From positions 280,488,001-280,552,000 of the forward strand of contig OZ024740.1 in assembly GCA_964016885.1 (NCBI GenBank): a DNA stretch of 64,000 nt, in the 5' to 3' direction. The notes under the pieces were generated by a model that searched no databases, was not told the origin of the DNA, and saw nothing but the letters and a program-made list of their open reading frames with translations. Both the position numbers and the translations under genes were made by a program. Below, one piece after another: positions 56,154 to 64,000 of the stretch. The DNA comes from Eledone cirrhosa (Eukaryota). Position 1 is the first letter of the stretch. The number at the start of each line of letters is the position of its first letter.

Positions 56154-56399
56154 GTGAGTACATATTTGAAATTTTCATTATCTAAAATTAATATCTCACA
56201 AAATACTAATATTGACTAGTACTCCTTCCATTTCAATGGATATATACATGATGTACTTTTATAAATTGAATTACTCATTTAGAGACACACTTAAAATCAA
56301 ACAATTTTACATCTAGAATTTTGTACATACAATATTTCTTAATTGGAGAAAATGTTTATTTTGGATGGCGTATAAACTATATTTTACAAACAGAAGTTA

Positions 56400-56717
56400 T
56401 GCAATGATGGAAATATAAAAAAAAAGCTAAAACAAAAATTAAGTAATGAAAAAACAATGGGGAAAGGGTAAGAAGGGCAGATCTGGCTGTATAGGAAAGT
56501 AGAAGAAAGGACTATAAATGCCATAAATGTGAAGAAAAGGAGGGAAAGAGCTAGGACTATTAGGCAACGGGAGAAATAGAGGAAGAAGAGGAGAGGGTGA
56601 TATACTCTGTGGCTAGGTCGGGGTGGTATTTTGACTGCACCCCGTGAACAAAATTGCAAAGGCATTTCTGCGGACAATAGCCAGCGAAACCAGCTGCAAC
56701 AGCCACCCTACCTCGCA
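56400..56717 (-). mobile_element. Second CRE-like retrotransposon 3' end, intronic in gene 3
   Basis: Minus strand gcgaggtagggtggctgttgcagctggtttcgctggctattgtccgcagaaatgcctttgc (EVGWLLQLVSLAIVRRNAF) is homologous to 34833-34895, followed by a pyrimidine-rich UTR. Confidence 0.7.
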
Positions 56718-57058
56718 AAGTACATAACTATAATTCATCTAATTTCTTTTTTGTATGGAGTCATGTTTCTTTGTTAATCATCCATAAATACGTACATGTA
56801 ATATCGAAAATGATTAATAAGAATATACCTATTAAATGACAAGTTGGCAAACATAAAACACTACTTTCAGTACAAAATGGATTCTTCATATTTACTTACA
56901 TTTCTCATCCCTGTGATTGATAAGTTGTCAAATATTTATTATGTTTGCTATGAAAGGATATAGTATCTTATTGATTTGTAATATCCTGTTGTTGCAGCTA
57001 GCTCAGTATTAATATCTAACTAACACACGATATGTATTTTTTTTTTATTACATTACAG

Positions 57059-57271
57059 ATATACCTCCTCCATCAACAGCTCCACCAACAACTTCAACAT
57101 CAGCCCCACCAACGACTCCACCAACAACTACACCAACGACACCACGACCAACAACACGACCAACAGCTCCACCTACAACCACTACCAAGAGATCACGTCC
57201 AACAACACCATTCCGTTTCCCAACAATTAAAGTCAGGGTACCAACAGAAATTCCTCAAAGAGATCAATCTT
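57059..57271 (+). CDS. Gene 3, exon 4: short Pro/Thr-rich linker
   Basis: Acceptor attacag|. NIPPPSTAPPTTSTSAPPTT...EIPQRDQS, donor t|gtaagt. 213 nt, phase 1-1. Confidence 0.87.
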
Positions 57272-57602
57272 GTAAGTGTTATAACATTAAAGTATGCATG
57301 ATCTAAAAGAAAACAAATTATTTATATTAGTACGAGAAATTCTCTCTCACACACACGTACACATACATACACACGCACATACACACACATACATACACAC
57401 ACACACACACACACACGCACATACGCATACACACATAATACATACACGCACACATATATACTCACACACATATACACACACATTTTATATATATTATTTC
57501 CGAGTTCACACGGGAGACTCTACATAGGTACTCATCCTGCTAAAAATAACTGTCAAATATCCCTCAATATCACCTCACTGCTTTGAGCGAAGAGAATGTA
57601 TA

Positions 57603-57650
<48 letters not shown>

Positions 57651-57671
57651 AACTACTACTACCACCACAAC

Positions 57672-57707
<36 letters not shown>

Positions 57708-57747
57708 CACCACCACCACCACCACCACCACCACCACCACCACCACC

Positions 57748-57784
<37 letters not shown>

Positions 57785-57807
57785 ATACCACCACCACCAC
57801 CACCACC

Positions 57808-57844
<37 letters not shown>

Positions 57845-57861
57845 ATAATAATAATAATAAT
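57603..57861. repeat. Compound (ACT)n/(ACC)n/(AAT)n microsatellite
   Basis: Direct reading. Confidence 0.95.
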
Positions 57862-58018
57862 TAGGGAACAAAAGATCAGTATTGCATCATATACATATTT
57901 AATTACATATTAGGTATGTTTCATTGCCGATCAGCTCGAGGAAGGATTGAATACGTTCGTTCCTGACTCTGGAATCGAAAGCTCCTCAGATATGTATTCT
58001 CACATGTAGACTGACGTC

Positions 58019-58059
<41 letters not shown>

Positions 58060-58325
58060 TCGGTATACAAGGATGCAATTCACTTCTAGCACTCAACGCC
58101 ATATTACTTCCTAAAAACAAGGATGACGGAGTATATTAATAAAGAGGAAAATGTGAAGTTGAAGATGTTAGGCTCCTTTATTAATTGAGCCGTTATATAT
58201 ATTTCAATGACAATAGATATATCGTGATTTCTTCAGACAGCAAAAATTGATTAAAAGATAACATTTCCGAGGCAATTTTGGGTGGAATGGAGCGGACTAA
58301 AAAAATGTGTACGTTCTTTTAGTCC

Positions 58326-58489
<164 letters not shown>

Positions 58490-58636
58490 TTGGATAGTAA
58501 CGGACAAAAAGTCTTTGATCACAGATCTGCTCCATTTTATCTGACTTGGAACTGCTAAACAATAGCGGAACCCAAGAAATTCTTATCAATATTGATAGTC
58601 ATGTATCACTCTTTAACAATTATTAATGAAAGTAAT

Positions 58637-58792
58637 ACAGACACCATGCTTTCCAGCATAGTTACGTCCCTTTACGATCTGAGTTCAAATCCCGCCGAGG
58701 TTGACTTTGCCTTTCATCCTTACGAGGTCGATAAAATAAAGTACCAGTAATGCACTGGGATAATTGATGGCCTTGTGCCAAAAGTAGAAACA
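58637..58792 (+). mobile_element. 5'-truncated SINE family 1 with a 15-bp target-site duplication
   Basis: attaatgaaagtaat at 58622-58636 and 58793-58807. Confidence 0.88.
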
Positions 58793-59247
58793 ATTAATGA
58801 AAGTAATGAAAGATTCTACTTTTAATGGAATACCTATTCAAAAATATGAAAAACCTTTCGAGTAATGTCATTAGTAATTCTCTATTTCCATAATCATGAT
58901 GATAATGAACATGATGACGACTGAGGATACTACTACTACTACTACTACTACTAATAATAATAATAATAATAATAATGCCACTACTAAAATGCAATAACAA
59001 TAAAAACATTGTAATTACAGTAAGACAATAGTGATAAAATAGAATCTTTATTAAACATAAAAATTGATTGATTGAAATTTACACACACACACACACACAT
59101 ACCCTAGCCCTAACCATACCCCACACACCTACACACTCTAGCACCCCCTAACTCCCCCCCCACACGTACATATATGTACGTACACACATGTTAATTTCCT
59201 AACTCCAGAAATATTTGCTTATATTTATTTTACTTTTTCTTCCACAG

Positions 59248-59810
59248 CGTCTATTGTATTTGGATATGATCTAATCTCTATGGGAAGCTACAGAGCCAAC
59301 ATGATAACACAGTTTATCAACACTATGTTACCTTATACTGGATATGGACATTTCAGAGTTGTGTCGTATGCCCATTGCCCGGTTAACTTCAATGTTCCTA
59401 CGACTTCATTAATGGGAAAAACTAACTGGCAAACAAAAAACAGCATAAATATTACAGTTCCCGGTTTAGCCAATGTTATGCGTGAGATGAGAAAAGAATC
59501 TGAAACAAAGGTCAATACGACTCCTTGGAAAAAGAACACGGCTGTTTTATTTGTGGATCCTTCAGTAACTACGATTACACCGGATGTTTTAAAAGAAAGT
59601 GAAAAACTTAAGCAGCAAGGCAGCAAAGTATTTCTGATCAATGTAGGCCGCAATTTATGGCCACAACCTCAAGTAGTACAGTCGATCAGCAGTCAGCCTT
59701 TTAACAGATACATTTACAGTGCACCAACATACAATCAGTTATTATACAGAGCTCACAACTCACCCTTCCAGTTCAGAGCTATGTGCAATAATTACCGCAA
59801 CAACGCTTAA
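59248..59810 (+). CDS. Gene 3, exon 5 (terminal): degenerate VWA-like domain
   Basis: Acceptor tttttcttccacag|. [22 protein letters not shown]...NNYRNNA*. 563 nt. Confidence 0.9.
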
Positions 59811-60477
59811 TGTTTTATATTTGCTTAATTTATTAATTTATAAGCACGAGTGAATTAGAATACAGTGGTGATTGCAAATTTTGAAAATATAACTACAAGC
59901 TTTCACCATATATTGACTGCATTGTTTCCAATATTGGGGTTCATATGCTCTAGTATTAGACTATTTACTGTAGTCAATATATGTTGAAATCTAATTCTAT
60001 TTTCAAATTATTAATTTATATTTATGTGCTGAGCATCTTCTAACTGACTGCGGGTACAGTCAGACATTTTCTGAGTCTAACAATCAAACTAAATTATGAT
60101 CAACATTTTATTTGACATTCATGTTTGCACGCAACATAAGTTAATGTTAGGTTAACACTATAGATATGTACTTAAGAACAGACATACATGCACGCATACA
60201 TTTGCAGCTACGTTAAATACACAATACATGTAGAATTATCTTTCTTCGATAACTACAACGGAACATTCCATTTTACATGTTTTTAAATAAATATGATTAT
60301 TACAACTAACGAATGAATTGTTTTCTTGTTTATTCCTTGTCTGTTATTTTAAAAACTTTGATGTAAATTCAAAAATTGAATTACTTTAATTGTTCTGTGA
60401 TGTACCTCGATTATCAATCATATACATATGAAACATTCTTAAATGAAATTACTTGCAGTAATATATGGAGTTATTAT

Positions 60478-60852
60478 ATTTGGCAGTATCGGTAGAGGGT
60501 CGGACGCCATGCTTTCCAGCATAGTTACGTCCCTTTACGATCTGAGTTCAAATCCCGCCGAGGTTGACTTTGCCTTTCATCCTTACGGGGTCGATAAAAT
60601 AAAGTACCAGTAATGCACTGGGTAATTGCTGGCCTTGTGCCTAAAAGTAGAAACAGTTATTATATATATACGTAAGGGCGGTGGGTTGGCAGAATCATTA
60701 GAGCGTCGGGAAAAATGGTTTGCAGTATTTAGTTATGACCCTTTATGTTCTGAGTTCAAATGCCGCCGAGGTTAGCTTTGCCTTTCATCCTAACGGTGTC
60801 GATAAAATAAAGTACCAGTAACGCACTGGAGTCGATTTAACCGACTTTCCCC
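60478..60852 (+). mobile_element. Two tandem SINE family 1 copies
   Basis: About 60478-60660 and 60676-60852, each with A- and B-box-like motifs. Confidence 0.88.
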
Positions 60853-60859
60853 TTTTACA

Positions 60860-62180
60860 TGTAGCGCGCACTGTGCAGGCTTCCTTGAGAGGACGAACTT
60901 TCATTCCAGCCATGCAGCACTCGGAATCAAATCTATCGAGTGCAAATCAGAGATCACCTTCTGTCGAGTTACATAATACCATGTCGTCTTCAAATTCCAG
61001 CCGACTGATTTTACACCTGCCTGTCATGACACCATTTCCAACCAGGCTACGCATGTCAATCCTGTTCATGCAAATAATGAACATGAGAGGTGACAGTACG
61101 CACCCTTGACGGAGTCCGACACTCACATTGAATGGTTTTGATTTAGCACTATTTATCCCAACACAAAGACGGTGGTATTCGTATAGAGACACTAGGGCAG
61201 CAAGAAGATGACTATCAATCCCATACTCCTGCATAGCCTTCCACAGCAGATCCCGAGGAACGCGGTCATATGCCTTTCAAGGTTGACAAAACATGAATAT
61301 ACCTCGTGGCAATACTTCCACGATTTCTCGAATACCTGCAGCAGTATGAATATTTGGTCGGCTGTGCTGCGTCCGGGGCGAAAAGCACACTGGAACTCAA
61401 CAAACTCCCTGCATCTCATTGCCAGACGCTTAGCATAGAGTTTACCGGTGAGGCTTAACAAGGAGATCCTCTGTAATTGGAACAATCTCGCTTGTCTCCC
61501 TTTTTGAAAATTCGGATTATTATTCCTGATTGCCATTTCTTAGGTGCCCTTCCAGAGATCCAGTCCACCCGACACACACGAGTCAGCCTGAGAATACCTT
61601 CTCTATTTAAGGCTTTTAACATCTCACATCGGATTTCATCTTCCACAGCGGCTTTGCTAAATGTGAGCTCTTTAACCGCTCTTGCGACCTCAGCCTCTGT
61701 GAGTTAATGACTGGTCCCAGATGCACCTCATGTACATCTGAAGATGCGGTTGTGATCCACCTCGCAAGGATGCACTCTCTGAAGAGAGGAGAATCCCAGA
61801 TGCGTTCCTGATACAGATGTGGAGGAAGGCTTCTTATTATGAAGTCAACGGATGGTCTGCCAGATCTGAAGTCAGATTCCAGCTTAAGTCCAAAGTACTC
61901 CCATGTTCTAACTTTGGACACTTTTACTGTCTCTGCTGCGATTTTTCGTGTCTGCTTGTACCGAAAGTGCAAGAAGGAGGACTTATTTCGAAGCCAAGCT
62001 TTGTAAGCCTCATTCTTTGCTCGGATGGTAATGTTGACCTCTTGATTGAATCAAGTAATCTTCCTTCCATTCGGCGCGATACCAAGCTTCTTTTACCCGC
62101 AGCATTTAACAGCTGAAGCAGAAATTGGTGCGCTGAACAATCTCCACTCCGTTTCAACGTCCTCAAATTACATTCTGAAT
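60860..62180 (-). mobile_element. Decayed RTE-clade LINE, RT fragment
   Basis: WEYFGLKLESDFRS, DEIRCEMLKAL, IFKKGDKRDCSNYRG(I)SLLSLTGKLYA, QCAFRPGRSTADQIF, VGLRQGCVLSPLMF, LEFEDDMVL (decayed F/YADD). Many frameshifts. Confidence 0.88.
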
Positions 62181-63761
62181 TCAAAACCCACTGAAGTTAA
62201 TTTTGTCTTTCATTCTCTCCATTAAATAAAGTACTAGTCAAGTACTAGGGTTGATTCACCCACATTTGCTAGAGATCAATATCCTATAATGAATGCATGT
62301 ATGTATGTATAGTCCAATAACTCCTGATAGAGTCGTAGAGGCATCGTATTGACATACGGCGTTTCTTGGATGTTTTAAAGCTTGGCAGAGCCCATCCCTC
62401 TCCAGGCCTGAGTACAGCGAAAGATAGAGTCCAGAGAAAGATATAAAGTGAGAGAAAGAGGAAACGAGAAAGAGATACCGACGAAGAATCCACCCAATAC
62501 TAGACTGGTACTTTTTTTATCGACCTCGAAAGGATGAAAGGCAAAGTTGACCTAGGTGGATTTGAACTTAAAGCAGAGAGCCGGAACGATTACCATAAAA
62601 CATTCTATCCTACGTTCTAACGACTCTGCCAATTCGCCACCTATCTATATTGAATATCGTATATTAAAACAGACCATGGATTGAGATAATCGTTAAAGCG
62701 CCAGACAGTATTTTTCTTTGTCTATTTACGTTTTCAGTTCAAATCTCACAGCGGTCAACTTTGCTTTTCACCCTTTCGAGTACAATGATGTAATTATCAA
62801 AATATTCCTAGCACTTATATAGTCGAGATATTTGTGACTGTTTGCTTATGCTAGAGATCTTTATATACGCGTGATGAATTATTATTAAACCCTACCCATA
62901 CGCATAAACACATATCCCCCACAAATAACTTCACGGAAGCAATTCTATTGCAGCAGTAGTAATGATTTCTAAATGTGCACAAAATGCATTTTGAGTGAAG
63001 GTGCAGTCGTTCATATCGAAAACCCCCTTCGGTGACGGATGACCATTTGATTTGAACCGAGAAAGTTTACCTCCGAGGTACAAGTCCGGGCAAGGTTGTT
63101 TGAGGAAGACCAACAGTCGCCCATGCATACCAGTCTCCCCTCTCCACATCACCGTTGTTGTCCAAGGGAAAGGCTATGGCCGATACAGCTTGGCACCAGT
63201 GACGTTGCAACTCATTTCTACAGCTGAGGAAACTGGAGCAGTGTGAAATAAAGCGTCTTGTTCAAGGACACAATGCATCACCAGGTCCGAGAATCGAACT
63301 CACAACCTTTCGATTGCAAGCCCAATGCTCTAACCACTAAGCCATGCGTCTTCGCAATCGTTCATATAGACCGAAGAATATTACATATACTTGTTTTATA
63401 GATCCTGAAAGAATGAAAATGCGATATCGGCTAAATTTAAATGTAGGGAAATAAATAGACACCGCAAGGCATTTTTCTGCCGCTCCACCGATTCAACTAT
63501 TGACGGCTCCCATACTAACGATAATAACAGTTTCTGATTTAGGCACAAGGCCAACCATTTTGGCAGAGAGAAAGTCGACTAAATCGACCCCAGTGTGTTA
63601 CTGGTACCTAAAAGTATAAATATTTATTGTTTTCTGAGGGTGTGACGATCTGACATTCCATCCATGAAAGTGTCTTGTACTCTCAGTCACGTAACGCCCA
63701 TTAAACTAAGATAAGCTCCGGTCTTAGACTAGCCATGCAAGCAAGGAAAACGGACATAAAA

Positions 63762-63811
63762 TTCTTCTTCTTCTTCTTCTTCTTCTTCTTCTTCTTCTTC
63801 TTCTTCTTCTT
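63762..63811. repeat. (TTC)n microsatellite
   Basis: Direct reading. Confidence 0.9.
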
Positions 63812-64000
63812 GGTGGTGGTTGTCCTCAGAACCAATACGCAGCTGAATGATGGAGTCCGATGATGATGTTCTTCCACGCTTTTCTAATTATGGCGCTGAC
63901 CTTAGCATGGTCGATGTCATGGTCGAGGTCGAGGTCATGGTCGAGGTCATGGTCATGGTCATGGTCGAGGCGCTGCGATTTCAGGTCCTCCTCGATTTTC

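Noticed and set aside
57583-57864. Poly-Thr ORF just downstream of the gene 3 linker exon, considered as an extra or alternative mucin exon
   Set aside because: It is a pure (ACT)/(ACC) microsatellite. The only in-phase acceptor (AAG at 57590-57592) has a weak pyrimidine tract, and there is no donor before the stop.

Overview
AT-rich, microsatellite-dense eukaryotic genomic DNA. The repeat landscape suggests an octopod cephalopod (inference, not verified). The main content is a cluster of three paralogous multi-exon genes for predicted secreted proteins: signal peptide, 28-nt microexon ending in K-R, Cys-flanked VWA domain with a MIDAS motif, Thr/Pro-rich mucin-like linker, and a degenerate MIDAS-less VWA-like C-terminal domain. 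Gene 1 is on + (5' end outside the window, to 5243). Gene 2 is on - (32285-27153, about 534 aa). Gene 3 is on + (52539-59810, about 472 aa). Genes 2 and 3 are near-identical in two exons only, which suggests gene conversion. The intergenic and intronic DNA holds many tRNA-derived SINEs, decayed LINE fragments (R4/Dong-like, Tx1-like, CRE-like, RTE), a Penelope-type GIY-YIG fragment inside long inverted arms, a mariner MITE, a tRNA-Ile pseudogene, and satellites. It also holds several families of short (TA)n-embedded fold-back elements, some with minimal hammerhead-ribozyme-like cores. Most listed short ORFs are microsatellite artefacts.
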